A stretch of DNA of 64,000 nt from positions 2,232,001 to 2,296,000 of the forward strand of contig CP089277.1 in NCBI GenBank assembly GCA_023920165.1. The letters run 5' to 3'. Positions 1 to 13,287 of this stretch are shown here, one piece after another. The first letter of the stretch is position 1, and every line of letters starts with the position of its first letter. Below the pieces are notes generated by a model that did no database searches, was not told the DNA's origin, and was given only the letters and a program-made list of their open reading frames with translations. The position numbers were made by a program, and so were the translations under genes. This DNA is from Curvularia clavata. Lineage: Eukaryota.

Positions 1-309
1 CGTAGCTCCTTCAGTGCCCTAGTCGAGCGCGCTGAGCACGAGATCAGAAATCTCATGGAGGTGGAAGACGTAAGGGCTAGCAGGGCGGGCGAAACGGCTA
101 TCGTGAGAGTAGGATGTCTGTGCGGTAGTGGACATCATCGCAGTGTAGCGTTTGCGGAGAAGCTGGGACAGGTGCGTTGGTGTGAGCAGGGGGAGTGGGA
201 GGTTATCGTTAAACACCGGGATTTGACAAGTGGGGTAGAGGAAATGAAGAGGGTGAAGAGCGAGAAGAGTCGAGAGAAAAAGGGAAAAGCTAGTGAGAAG
301 GGAGGTTAG
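1..309 (+). CDS. RapZ C-terminal-domain-like protein, 5'-truncated by the window edge
   Basis: Frame is open from base 1 to TAG at 307-309. VRVGCLCGSGHHRSVAFAEKL...VIVKHRDL resembles the RapZ/YvcJ C-terminal motif (GCTGGxHRSV...HRD). Confidence 0.65.
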   Translation, partial: RSSFSALVERAEHEIRNLMEVEDVRASRAGETAIVRVGCLCGSGHHRSVAFAEKLGQVRWCEQGEWEVIVKHRDLTSGVEEMKRVKSEKSREKKGKASEKGG

Positions 310-409
310 GCGAATGTAAGGCAGGAGGAGTGCAGGGGGGACTGAAGTCAGGAGCTGTTCGTGTGGAGTTTGCTTGTGTTGGAGTTGCTGGCATGGGAAA
401 AGTTTTTTT

Positions 410-1102
410 TTATCTTTGGGATAGCCAGGGGACCTGAGTTAGTTTGAACGGGTTGTATTTCTCCCCATCTGCAGCGCCACATCTCCACGCCTCAAGCCTT
501 CCCACAAACGATCCTGGCAGCGATATCTCAGAAGCAGTATCGTCCTGTATCTCTTCTGCCGTCTTTCCTTTCTTTCGTGCTTCCTCTCGCAGTTCCTGTT
601 TCCTCTCCTCCCGCCGCTTCCTTTTTCTCTCCTCCCGCAACTTCTTTCTCCTCTCCTCGTATTGCCTCAACTCCGACTCAGCTGCGTCTCTTGATTTCTG
701 AGCCCATTGGCCTAGTTTTCTTATGCCACGCACTGCTGCATGCATCTTCCTTGAAGTCCCCTTGCTGTCATCAATATCTTTCGCGTGCTTCCTCGCAATC
801 CTAACTCCATGCTCCCTCTGCCAGATGTGCCAAATATCCTCGTCCCATGACTCTCTCTTTGCTACAGCTTTGTATTGCGCCCACCAGTTTTTCATCTTGG
901 GTGAGGTCTCATCTACGTCGTAGACGCGCCAGCCCCATGCAACGGCGTCCTTGGCTATGGCCTGGTTTCGTGCAGTGATATAGGGGTCGTTGGATGGTGG
1001 TAAGGCGATGTATTCTGCTGTTGTTGTTGGATAATGCGGGCTATGGGGATACGAGAGGTAGGCAGGTTCTTGGTAGTAGATTGGAATGGCGAGAATGATC
1101 AT
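410..1102 (-). CDS. hypothetical protein with Glu/Lys/Arg-rich coiled-coil segment
   Basis: 230-aa ATG-initiated ORF with protein-like composition, convergent with the previous gene. No family recognised. Confidence 0.6.
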   Translation of the reverse strand: MIILAIPIYYQEPAYLSYPHSPHYPTTTAEYIALPPSNDPYITARNQAIAKDAVAWGWRVYDVDETSPKMKNWWAQYKAVAKRESWDEDIWHIWQREHGVRIARKHAKDIDDSKGTSRKMHAAVRGIRKLGQWAQKSRDAAESELRQYEERRKKLREERKRKRREERKQELREEARKKGKTAEEIQDDTASEISLPGSFVGRLEAWRCGAADGEKYNPFKLTQVPWLSQR

Positions 1103-3490
1103 TGCAATAAATATTATTTTCAGGGCCTGAGATATTTGCGGGATACGATGAAAGTCATTGAATCAGGCTTAATCATCCTAGTGATCAGAGATTATATGAA
1201 GAATTTATAGTATCGACAGCCTTAATTTGTATTGGTAACATGCAACAGTCAGTGCTGTAAAAATGAATTGTGTACGTCCATGCTGTTTGCTCCATTCACA
1301 CTGCTATGCTTGTTTTGATGGAGTACTACCTTCACGGCATGTCCGATTCACAGAAGTGACGATCTTGAATCATAAGCAAATGGGTTTGTTGAATGCACAG
1401 AGAGTGTGTTGCACATGACCTTCATTCGATAAATGTGAATTACATGACATAGGCGAGTAATTTTACATGTCAATACTCTACATTTTCCCGGAACTTGACT
1501 ACACCTAGGTCAATGGGAGCAGACATCTCAGCTATGACATCTCTACAAGATTAGTAGTCTATTGTTCGACATTTCGTTTTGTTTTGCGAAGACAAACAGC
1601 TTCATAAGAGATAGCAGATTGAGTGTATGTAGCTGCTTGGCGAATTGTTGATAATAGAATGATGAGCAATAGTCATCACTTATCGATGGTGTAATGTGAC
1701 TTCGCAGGAACCGAGTGACGTCTTCTTCCGGCCTTGCAACGGCGTGCTACTCATTGTCCGGTGCCCAGACGCGATTGCCGGCATAACGGGAATTATATGC
1801 AGGCTGGACAAAAGAAACATGGCTTTGCAGTAGTCCAACGAAGCGATTAGCACAGCAGCACTTCTTGATTCTGTTGCTTAGCAGATCGATCGGCTTCGGA
1901 AACTTTCGGAAAGACAACATGCAATTGTCGCTGTGCAGGAGACTTGGACATGCTCTTGAAATCGAGGTTACTGGGAGCCGACATTCGCTTCACCCTGTAT
2001 CGAGGAAGTTTCTTTTACGCACTTCTCTTGCTCTATTGGTTCGTCTGCCGGAGTATACGGATGTAAACCCGCGTGCCCGGTAGCCAAGAGTAATGCTCAG
2101 CCTTCGCACGTTGTATCTCTAGTACCACGCCCATCACTTAACGAAAGGATGACCATGAAGGAGATATCCTAAAGCTTCCCATCAGCCACCCACTCGACAG
2201 CTCGTTTATCATAGCAGGTTGGAGCATGTTTGGCACCTCCCGACTCCATCTCAATCAGCCACAGCATTAGGAAGTCCGGACTTGAATATGCACACCCATG
2301 GTAAACTCAATGACCTTGTGGCGCTTCCAGATGCAAGAAGTATGCAGTGTGAAGTATCGCGAAGTGCTGCACACATCAGCTGTTCAAAACCTTGCATAGA
2401 GAAAAGAGAGGCCCAATTGGACATGATCATTACACGAGTAAGGCCTACGTGGCCCAACTGAAGTGAGTCTCCAGGTCAGGATGATGCTAGAGAGTGTTCT
2501 AACCTCAGAACTGTGGGACTATACTGTGACGTTCTATCCGCACTACGTGACATAGGCCGTATTGTATGCAAGATGCGAGACCTAGATTCCCATATGTACT
2601 TTCTTTTTCTGCCTCACGCATAACGATACATGCGGCTGCCCGAGCTTTACTGGCCGAAACCCAACCCATACGTATGAAGCCATGTGCACGGCCTTTGAAC
2701 GCAAGTACCAAGCAGATAAGTCACAAGACATGCGCACAAACCACTGGACAAAAGCTCGAAGCAAATCAAGTGACAACACGACAGTGTACAGTATTATTAC
2801 ATTACTAGGTCATACTGACAGTCCGATCGATCGGTCCCATGTTCCAAGTTCCTGAATCAGCTTATTATTGGATTAGCAAGAAAGAGACCGAACCTCCACA
2901 CACCCTCGCCAAGAGCCCGTGTGCTCTGTTTCCCCAACAATGCAGCGATCATCCATGCCCCTCTCTTTAACCGAGCCAAGCTTCCTCCTGGACTCTGATA
3001 TTATGCCAGCCAAGACCACAAAAAAAAAGTAACGAACAAAAAAGGTATCTTCAAAGAAAAAAAGCTTTTCCCTTGCTTCTCCCCCCACACACCGGCTCCC
3101 TCTGTCCCCCAATCCGCATTCCGGGTTTCATCCGTTGGGAATCCATCGCACTCGGCCCGACCTAAACGGGCATTTCTGATGAAGGAAAAATAAGCACGAT
3201 CTTTCTTTGTAATGAAAAAAAGGGTGCGTGTGCGTAAGCGATGAAGTAGGGTGCTGGGGTTGAGGACAACGACAAAAGATGATGTCATTCCACTCCTCCC
3301 GTTGTTGGATGTAGTGTCTGACTCGTGGAGCGTTGTTGTCGAGAGGACTTGGCAATACTGTCCCTCTCCGCCACTAGTTTCAGGCTTCCCCGTTCTTGGT
3401 CTTTGTTGGGCTGCAGGCGAGGCTCTCCGGTCAAGCCTTGCTGTCATTCCTCTTGTCTCTCATTTCTCCACGCGGGGTATTATGAGCTCA

Positions 3491-3691
3491 TTACTCCTCA
3501 GTCTCGACGCTCTCGACGCTCGGCGAGGGCGAAGGGTCGCGTGTGTATCGAGAAGAGAGCGTGGGGCTGGCGATGGGCTGTTGAGAGATGGTGTTTTGGC
3601 TCTCGGACGAGTCGTCTTCGACTGGGAGGCGGAGCATTTGTCCTCCGACGAGGTTGGGTACATAGACGTATTGGGGTGCTGGAGAAGACAT
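3491..3691 (-). CDS. candidate small Ser/Pro-rich orphan protein (66 aa; possibly first exon of a longer gene)
   Basis: ATG in the context ccaccaacaacATG, a C/A-rich leader, and a TATATAG about 135 nt upstream. Encodes MSSPAPQYVYVPNLVGG...VETEE. Confidence 0.3.
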   Translation of the reverse strand: MSSPAPQYVYVPNLVGGQMLRLPVEDDSSESQNTISQQPIASPTLSSRYTRDPSPSPSVESVETEE

Positions 3692-6600
3692 GTTGTTGGT
3701 GGTAGTGGATGTGTAAGGCTTTGGATGACTCGAGAAGTGACTGAGGATATGGAGTAGTGAGTCTGATATTGGAAGTTGACGATGTTCTGATTCATTCCGC
3801 ATCAGCGGGGACATGGGCCTATCTATATACTGAGCACTCTCCGACCCATCGCACAGGCAAGCAACAATGCCACTCATCACCCCAAGCTCGACCCATGTAG
3901 CCCTTACCAACCCAAAACCCTATCCCCGACAATCCAAGCACCGTGTTATCCACAGCCCGAGACGGAACCAATCAAGGGCCCGAGAGTAACAAGGGTTGCG
4001 GGGCGCTATCTCCGTGCCCTCCGCCTAACAGCGCTGATTCGGCGTCGGGGCTGCACAACGCGTGGCAAGTCTCCCCGATGCAGCTCAAGTGTGCCGCCTT
4101 GGGGCGTCCGGACGGCGGCGATAAGTGGTTCATGCAGCGCGTCTTAGGCTCCAAGGCTCCGCGCCCCATGTCCTCGTCCGTAACCTTTGGCTCTCCGCCA
4201 GCCCAGCCAAGTAGCGTGTCGCTCTCGTGACTTTAGCGCTGCTCGTGTCGCAGCATCCGCGGGCCTAGACCTTCTTGTCTATCGCCCGCTAAGACTCGGA
4301 CTAACAGCTTTTCTGTGCCTCATTGCCTGGGGTTGGTGCTGAGTGTGTGGGGATTAAGCACTCGCTCACTGTCTCCGATGTGTGCGTGCGAGCGAAAGCT
4401 TATGGCGATTTTCGAGAGATCTGCATCGCAACCAATGTACGTGATGAGTGGGTTGGTTCTATTAGGCCGCGTGGTCGCGTCTTGTTTCGTGCTCGGACTT
4501 TGCATGACAAAGACCGAGTTGAGTCATGTGGTGATGAGTGAGCACTGCTCTGGCAGGACGTGTCGGTACCGTAGTACAAGACGTGTTCACAGTCGGTCAT
4601 GGTGGAGTTGGTCTCCGGTTCACGATGACGGTTGGCGGGGTTCCTTGGTCGCCAACTACCCTGCGCCTGGGCAATGCTGGGCGGAGCCGAGAGTTAGGCC
4701 GACGGGTTTCCATTCGCTTCTGTTGGAACATCTCGATTTGCGTGCCAACTCTGCTAATCAGCCGAGGGGACGACTAACTATCCGTCCAAGATACCAAGAA
4801 TTTCAGCTGAATACCACGACTCATTCAAAGGCATTGAACTCCCAAGCTTCACGATAGTTTATTGCGTGTGGCTGGTAGCGTCAACGATCATTGGTAGCGT
4901 TACGCCACGCTCAAGCCACTACTCTGGTATGGTTGCCATAAAACCACAAAACGTATCAATCTACCAGTCGGGGAAGCGACAAATATCTACCGTTGCAAAG
5001 ACGTATTGTTATATGTGCTTGGATAGAACATGGGTTACTTTGGACTGATGCAACTTGTGGTATCAGTTATTACATAGGCCCAGCTTGAAGCGAACCAGAC
5101 GAGCTACTTTACTTCGTATTCTAACTTCCGATCAAATGATGGGCTCATCCATATGTATTACTTGAAACCTTAAAATCCATGCAGATTCGTCTTCACAAGC
5201 GACAAGTCACTGTTAGATCTGAAGATCACGCTGACTCTACCAAAAGAAAACATCAACCTGAACCCTCTGGTCGTACAAGCTAAGCAACCCTTTGTCCCGA
5301 ATGGAGTTACCAATGCAGCAAGCAGCGCACGCGTAAACTATTTCTTCAAAAGAAATATCTAGTGTATCTGTACCTAGAGTGCATGTACTGGTGCTATCGT
5401 TACAGCTATCAGGAGACAGCCCTGCATTTACACCTACAACAGACTAGACTAGTTGTCCTGGGAGAGAGCTATCGCCCATTTGGCAGCAGATAGCTACTTT
5501 AAGTTAGATGAAACACAGTAAACCTATACCTCATGAAATGAACTGATATAGTTATCCTGTTAACTCTTACTCATCATCATTATCATCTCCGAATATCCAG
5601 TATGAGGGAGCTTCCCTTGAAAAAGAAAGTCGCAAATTATAGTGCCATTTTTTGAGGGGCTGAGCTTCCTTCTGACAAAGCTTGTTAACGCTGCTTCTCG
5701 GGAGAAATAGCCAAAATCATGCTAGCTTATCTACTTTCTTCTCGCTCATGTGTCGTTCCTATCACTCCACGACCAAAGAATCTTTTGTGTTAAAAGCAAG
5801 TTCGGATTAACCAAGCAACAGACCCGTGTGGATAAGCATCCTTGGAAATCAAAAACAAAAAAAGATAGGGGCGACGCTGATTGCCCTGACGATCTGGTTG
5901 AGCTGAGGGGGGTTCCTTTGCGGCCAACTAGAGAAAAGCACATTGGTAGCCAGAACTCTCTATTGTAAAAGGGGTCCGTGTGCAAACCTCTCCAAGCTAG
6001 TGCAGTTGGCTATAGCATAGACTGTCTGATAGTAATTTACACCAAAAGCAAAGGAGCGAAGCAGACTCCCTGCTATTGTCTTATTCAGTACAACCTTACT
6101 TGAAATAGTCCAGACCACTGTACATATATCCAAGTCTACATTTGACGCGTACATGTGACATATTACAGCTCATCCACACGATGGCCATGGTAATAACAGA
6201 TCCTCTTCTGATCTGCGCCCGGAGGCACATCTATCGAAATATGATCAATCCGGCATCCGCCTTCACTTAGAATGTAGCTTCCGTTTCTATCTTCGCGAAC
6301 AATTGGCCAAAGCATTGATTTCCGTCTACCCTTGTGTCAAATCAAATAGCGAGACACTGACATCTTGCCTTCTTAAGAGTCGAATCTACCACAGAAAAAC
6401 AAGAGGACCAAGTATATCCTAAACTCTATCATTGCGGCAGTTCCTTAATTGGTAGATAAATGAAACTAGCCTCAAATAGAGCGCTGCACGAAAATACCAT
6501 TGGTTAGGCGGTAATTTGTATCTACCAACCTGCACAACCTATGACGACCCACCTCACTACTGTTACTCCTAAAAATAACCACAAGAATATTGGTATATCT

Positions 6601-7576
6601 ATCGGCTAGTGATATTACACCACAAGTTAAGAAGTCGCCTAAAAACGGATGTCGCTACAAATATATATCTGGTTGTTACCTTCATACATCGTGTGAACCG
6701 ATTAGTAAGCACCCATTCGCTACTACTGGTTCTTCATTACTACCTCGTGAGTTTACAAGTCTCTTGTTGCTTTGAACATCTGTATATTTTCCTTGAGTAG
6801 ACTTGCAGTTTGACATGGATATTACTTCTGCTTACGGGCTGGTGGTCTGGTTAGAAGATTGCGGCTTAAAATGCTGCGCCGAGACCATGTTTTCAGTGCG
6901 ATATGGAGATGCGACGGTTCATCAAACATCACTAGCTTAATCTCACACAAGCATTACTTCGAACGATGAGTGAACATCGGTTTCTGATTGAGAGGCATCA
7001 GCGACTCCACTCGGGATATGCTCATGGGTAGCAAGTCATCGTGGCCTGGTACGTTCAACAAGAATGAATTGGCAAAGACCATCTCATTCGCAATACCCGC
7101 TGGAACAGAGTAAACTACTTTGCTGAGGGATTCCATAAATTTGTTTCTCTCTCAACTCTATATGGAATCCTTCATTCTAGCTAACATCGGTAAGCCACAC
7201 CGGTTCACCTCTAGCTACATATAGTCACTGAGACCGAAATTCTTCTGCTTTTTGCAAACCCTTAATCTAGTCGAAATCAAAGCGAAGTATTTTAGGAAAA
7301 TTGGTTGTATAGCTTCACATAAGGTATTTCGTACTTCGTCCTGCTACTCATAATTATTTTAAGTGCACGGAAGAGTCCATGGTCCTTTATCTCATTTATA
7401 TGAAGACATCACCAACCCCAATCAAATCAATCAGATATAGAACGAGTTCAATGAGGGTCTCTCTCTCTCAGAGATCTAAACTTCTAATTCTTGCATTCGA
7501 AATATATTGTGTTGTCATCATAAATATAGTACAGCAAATAGTCCCAACAACTAGCTAAACACTCCTCTACCCAAAC

Positions 7577-8946
7577 CTAAACAGCATCATCATATCCAGC
7601 CGGCTTGATATTTTTTGCCTCCTTATTCCCCTTATTTCCTTTCCAACCCCATTCCACTTTCGGCATCGTCTTATCCTCGTCCTTGCCCGGCCACATAATC
7701 TGTCCAAGGAACAACGCGCGAAGACAGAACGCCGCTGTCACCAGCCACATGATGACGAGCAGCAGCGTCAGGGCACTCGCGACGCCGTTTACACCTTCGC
7801 TTTTGAGGACCTTACCTGCTTGTATTGTTGCGAGTGTGAGACCGGCATTGGGGAAGATGAATGCCCACCAGTTGAGCGTAAAAGACATGTTGCGGACCCC
7901 GGCTAGGACGGCGATAACGGTAACGAGGAAGAACCAATAAGCGAATAGTATAATGAAGAGACCGGCCGAGATGCCTATAATTCGCAGGATTTCGCCGTCT
8001 GCGGTTGCAATATTGGTAAAGTAGTTTGCTGGGACTTGATTGGGGGCTTGGTTTGCGAGAGAAAGAAGGCCAGCGGCCGTGTAGCCTGTAGTTGTTAAAT
8101 ATAAACTTGAGAGTGGTCTATAATCAAAGAGTGCAGAAGCTTACCTGCTGGCCCAACGGAAACGAACATTCCCGGACGGGTGGATGGAGATGGCAAAGCA
8201 TTCGTCATAAGACGCTGCATGTAAAGACCATACAATAAGAATGAGACTGCCCATGCAAGTCCCTTGAACATAATAGCGCTGACGAAAATCTTCCAACTGG
8301 CTGCTGGGGGTTGATCTGGTAGTATGGTACCGGCCAGCGGTCCTACTACAAGCAGCGGGTATATCGGAAAGATCCAGGCGGGCACGGCATCAGCCACATT
8401 GAGGCGCTCTAGGCGGAAGAACAGTGAGTATTGTATGAGGCCGACCAGCAAGGCCGCAGTGCAGTACATCCAATACGTAATTTCGAGCGCTTTGGTCAGC
8501 CATGGCCCCGTCGACGGATTTCCATAGACGTAAGTGCAATTCAGAATCAACGAGACGGAAACCCAATATGTGCCGAAGAAAAGGCCTTCGACTGGATGAT
8601 GCAGGGATCCGAGGAGCTTCCGAGGAACCAAGATAAACCGCACGAGCATGCACAAGTTGAAAAGAGCGAAAAGAACTAGGTCGAGAATAAAGACGACTTT
8701 GCCGATAGTTTGCAGACCGGTAAATTTATTGGGCGTATTTCCTAGGACGACAGCGAGTGAACCTGTAGACATGGTGCACGCGAACCAGGGCCTGTCGTGT
8801 CGTTAGTCCACTTGCTTGCTAGAGAGCCGTTGTATGGGTCAAACATACCACGTGAAGTGGGCAAGGCGATCACGAAGCCCTACCTGCTCTGGCGGCTTCT
8901 CATCATCATCCTTGTACTGGGCGTGCCTTTTATCGCGAAACCGCAT
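7577..8946 (-). CDS. mae1: C4-dicarboxylate/malic acid transporter (Mae1, SLAC1/TDT family)
   Basis: Splicing (introns about 8848-8792 and 8144-8086) gives RDRLAHFTWPWFACTMSTG, RPGMFVSVGPAGYTA and FTLNWWAFIFPNAG. Many hydrophobic helices. Confidence 0.88.
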
Positions 8947-10023
8947 GGCGCTGAAAAATGTCGATATGGCGCGCGGAAAAGTGTCAAAAGCGCAGTGTGT
9001 CCCAACCTGCAAACGGTATTTCACAACCCATGGGCCAAGTCATCTGTTGTCAAAAAACCCGCCGCGCATCTTTCGTCATCAGCAGCAGAGGTTCCATGCT
9101 GAGTCTCGGGAATGTCGGCACGCGGACGTTAGATCTTGAGTTTGTGTGGAGCTGAATAGCTTTTTCTAGATCGCATGATGTCATTCTTCAAGGCGCCGAG
9201 CGCTGAGGGTTGCGCGTTACGGCTAACTCGGTGCTTAACTTGTCTACAACACTAACTAATCACTTGCATATCTTAGTGAAACAGGATACACAGAATCGAT
9301 AAGATACCGAGGATGAAATCGATAGATGGATTTGAATGGCGTTTCGTCAAGAGTATTTCAAAGTACGTCACGTGCAGCATGAAGGTGTCTGGTTGAGGAT
9401 CGCTTGGCCCATGTCAAGTACTGGGACTAATGCAAGAATAAGGCCGAATTCTCTGGGATGGTGCTCGCAAAACCAAACAAAAAAACAAGTTGTGCTCCTG
9501 GAGAGAAGCGTCTTTCTTCATGTACACAGCAGCGCCTGCATTAGGTTGCAGTGGTTTCATAGGTTCGCGCCACGTTACTACCGACTTTATGCGGAAACCA
9601 CTGCCTTAGTGCGCAATGCTCTTATGCTCTTTACACGTGTGGCACACATTGCAGACGTGGATTTTCTGAATATTGTCAAGAATGTCTTCTAGTATTTGTA
9701 CTACCAATAAAGCTGGCGGGATAAATCCCATATGTACACGTCCATGTATATACATGTATATACCATAGATGCCCTATCATTATGTTTCCCTGGTTGAACC
9801 AATAATCCAGACGTCTGTTTAGACCACAGTACCACGAGAAAGCCTCGGGAAAAAAACAAACCCAAAACCGGGAACGCCAATCATGATGCATATGCAAGGT
9901 CCGTGATGCAAGTCTTGTGATGACAGATGAGAGGTACAGATAGACAGATAGAGAGAGTGAGAGAGAGAGAAAAGGAGAGATAGTAGGAAAATCGTACAAG
10001 GCTATGCACAAGCCAGTCACTCA

Positions 10024-11808
10024 TTACACAACCAGCAAGGCTACCAACATGGTCACCAAGCCAGCCAAGGCGGCAAAACCGGCACTGCTAACAGACTTCG
10101 AAGCAGCACTACTCTTCTTAGCTTGTGTGCCGTCAGGTTTTAGTACCGCATTGACACCCAGTTGAGAACCAATGTTGGCAACAACGGCTTCACTGTCCCT
10201 GACAGGAATGGAAACCTTGCCCGAGCCATCGGTAGTGACCATGATGACGGTGCCGTCGACGACCGAAGACTCGCCCGTGATATCGTCATACTTCATGCCG
10301 TTCCAGGTGACATCGGTCTGAGAGTCGGCGCCGGGGGCAGTCAGGTAGGAAATGAAGACTTGCTTGTTTGCGTTGTCGGAGCCGAGGTTGAGCTTGAATG
10401 TGAATGTGGGCTTGGTGGCAACGGAGGCATTGGCCTGCTTTGCGTTGATGAGGGTGACAGACTGGAGTTTGCTGTTTGCGTAGGCACTGTAAACACGGAT
10501 GCGACCGTCATAGCCGGCGCCAACACTGCTCGTATCCTCGGAGTAGATTTGCGTGGTTCCGTTACCGTTACCGATGATTTGAGCAACGGCGGCGTGAGCG
10601 TAGTACTGAGGGCGGACAAAGGTAGTGTCGCGGCCATACATAGGAATAGGTTGCCAAGCACTGGCGTTGGAGTTGTCGGTCATGTGCATTTCGACTGAAG
10701 AGATGCCAATTGAGGCAGCGTATAGGAAGAAGTTCATAGTCCAGAGGGCGGCACCAAACACGTCACTGACAAATGGCATGCCAATAGGACCTACTGAGCT
10801 CATTTCTCGTAGGACATAGGGAAGGCCGGTTTTCAAGGCGATTCCGACCTGCTTCTCCCAGTACTTAAACTGGACGTTGGTAGTGTCGAGGTCCATTAGT
10901 TCATCAAGCGTTAGAGGTGTGGCTGTTACGCCAATAACTGCATATCATTAGTATGGCTGGCCGAGTATTGTTGGAGAGAGGAGGCGCATACAATAATAAT
11001 AATCATGCTGGTTCCAGGTTGCCAGGAAGTTGTCACCGTTCCTGCCTTCCATGATGCCATCATCAACCAACTGAGCAATTTCAAAAGTGGTACCGATTGT
11101 CGAAGCAGTGGCAGGGGCCTCGAAGAAAGACGAGGGAAGGTTGGCGCCCTTGAGCACCTGTTCGTAGACAACCTGGCATCGATCGAGCCACTGGTCCGTG
11201 TACGTCTTTCCAGACCATGTGCCAGAGCGGAACATGTTTTGCAGCCACAGGTCGGGCTCGTTACCTACCTCGAAAGAATACAGCTTGACATTTTTGATAT
11301 TCTCAACAGCGGCTTTTGCCATTGCAACGATGCGAGTTTCCCAGTCGTCCTCCATGTAGGCCATGTTAAGACCAAAAGTGACGGGGGTGTCCTTGGGGAA
11401 CCTGTCGAGAGCGGTAAAATAATTTGGGCCAACCAGCATGGAATCGGCCGCCTTGACACCCTGGGCCTGGGAGTTTTTGTTTGCATTCCATGCGAAGCGC
11501 TCGTTGTCTGTGTCGTAAATCATATAGTCCTGGGTGTTTCCTCCCAGGCGGATGTGTGGGGGCGCGCCCGAGTAGTCTGCGAGGTTCTGCAGCAACTTTA
11601 CCGAAAACTGGTTGGTAGTGTCGCCGCCAGTAAAAGAAAAGAGGTTGGAGGGCTCAATGCCAAAGCCGGCAAACGAGGGATTGATGTATTCGGAGGCGGA
11701 ATTTGGAGCATTGTTGCTTGGTGTTATGGATATGGACTGGGCCAGGGCAGCGGGAAACGAGAGGAGCGCTACCGCGAGGCTGGTGGGTGTTGATAACGAG
11801 GGCAACAT
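10024..11808 (-). CDS. secreted, probably GPI-anchored glycoside hydrolase family 79 (beta-glucuronidase-like)
   Basis: Signal peptide MLPSLST...AALAQ, IRLGGNTQD, acid/base motif FEVGNEPD and nucleophile region YVLREMSS. One intron 10991-10938. Ser-rich spacer and hydrophobic C-terminus. Confidence 0.85.
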
Positions 11809-13287
11809 GGTCACAGCGTGCAACCCGCGTGTCAATGGATGCAAACGAACGCGCAGCGGGTTGGGACGACGAACAGACCCACGGGAAAAAGAACGAGGGA
11901 GGACCAGGGAGACGGAGGTTAAGGGTTAAGGGTAAAGGGTAAAGGGGATCTGGACAAGATAAACGACGACGCGGGCGGCGGCAAGAGGCACAGAACCGGC
12001 GGGAGAGGCGGACGAACCGGGCAGGGCTATCAGACAGTGACGAAAGCGTGCAAGAAATTATTGCCCTCGACTGCACTTGTCAACCATTGATTGCATTCGC
12101 CATGCGTCAGCCCGATCCGGCCGGTCGCCCAGCCCATTTGTACTGCGCCTGTACATGACATCACGACAGCCCCCGTGGGCCGATGCTGCGACAATACGGC
12201 GCCCATCAGCGGCTGCGAATACGCCTCCGAAACACGTTCGATGTCGCTGCAGTGGGGCGAGCCCGCTGGTGTTGCGCGTTGCGCTGGGGGGGAGCAGCAC
12301 ACAATCCGCGTCAGCTGCTGGCTACATCATGTATGGCCATGCCGCTGATCTGCAGAGCCGCCTCAGACGGCCAATCTGAGCCGCCTCATCGTATGCCTAC
12401 TATCCCACGGTCTCTCTTTTTCTCTCTCTCTCTTTCTCTCACTCCCACACACAAACCTGCTCGTGTACAAGTAGCATGTACCATCGCGCCCGCCGGTTGA
12501 AAGGCTTGTTTTTATTGCCCAGCCTCTTCTCCTTCCCTCTCGAGTTACGCCCGCCTCAGCCACCAACCGATACCAGCCTCCTTCTTCCCCCTTTGTCTAA
12601 TCCTCCCAACTCGGGGTTATGAAGAAAACCCTTCAGCCCAAAATCTGAAGCTTTGAGGGTTCCTGTTGTTCCTGCGAGACCACGCATCCTCAACAACGTT
12701 AGCCTCCTCGGCCTGCATCCCATCGCACATCAGCCGCGTCTGTGGCTGGCTCTGTTTCTCTGCTAGCTCTCTGCACCCTATTATAGTAACATGCCGACTC
12801 GTACCAGCGTCCCAAACCGGGATCCAGCGGATAAACCTTGGCTCTGACATTTCAATATTGTCCGTTCGCAGACCCCGTCATCGTTTTCCCTGTTTGCCTG
12901 TTCACCCTGACCCAAGGTCAACATGTGCATCCTTTTCTTTTCTTTTCTTTTTCACTCAAACAAACATGTCGAACTCAAGGTGAAGTCAAGCTGAGGTGAG
13001 GCGGGCCGGGCTCGCAGCGTTGGTAAAGCTTGTTTTTTACCCATCAGGCAATTCGGATGCTGCTCCCAAGTCTAATCACAACTAGTCTCGTGTACCTACA
13101 GTGAGCAGTTGATCTTCTCTCCTGGCTACCCAGCTATACATAAAAATAACGAGAGTGGCAATTATTTGGTATACCCTCGTCGCGGGTCTTCCCAACACGT
13201 TTCATCGTCCTTCTTTGACCTGATTCGTACCTGCGTAGCCAAGCCTCTCCACCTCGTATGGCCTCGGTTTCCAAAACATAGACTTCG

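Noticed and set aside
10162..11793. Long + strand ORFs (178 and 262 aa) opposite GH79
   Set aside because: Antisense shadows of a codon-biased gene; translations are not protein-like.
11917..11947. Telomere-like GGTTAAGGGTTAAGGGTAAAGGGTAAAGGGG
   Set aside because: Units are 7-mers, not TTAGGG; it is a pyrimidine-rich leader repeat of the GH79 gene.
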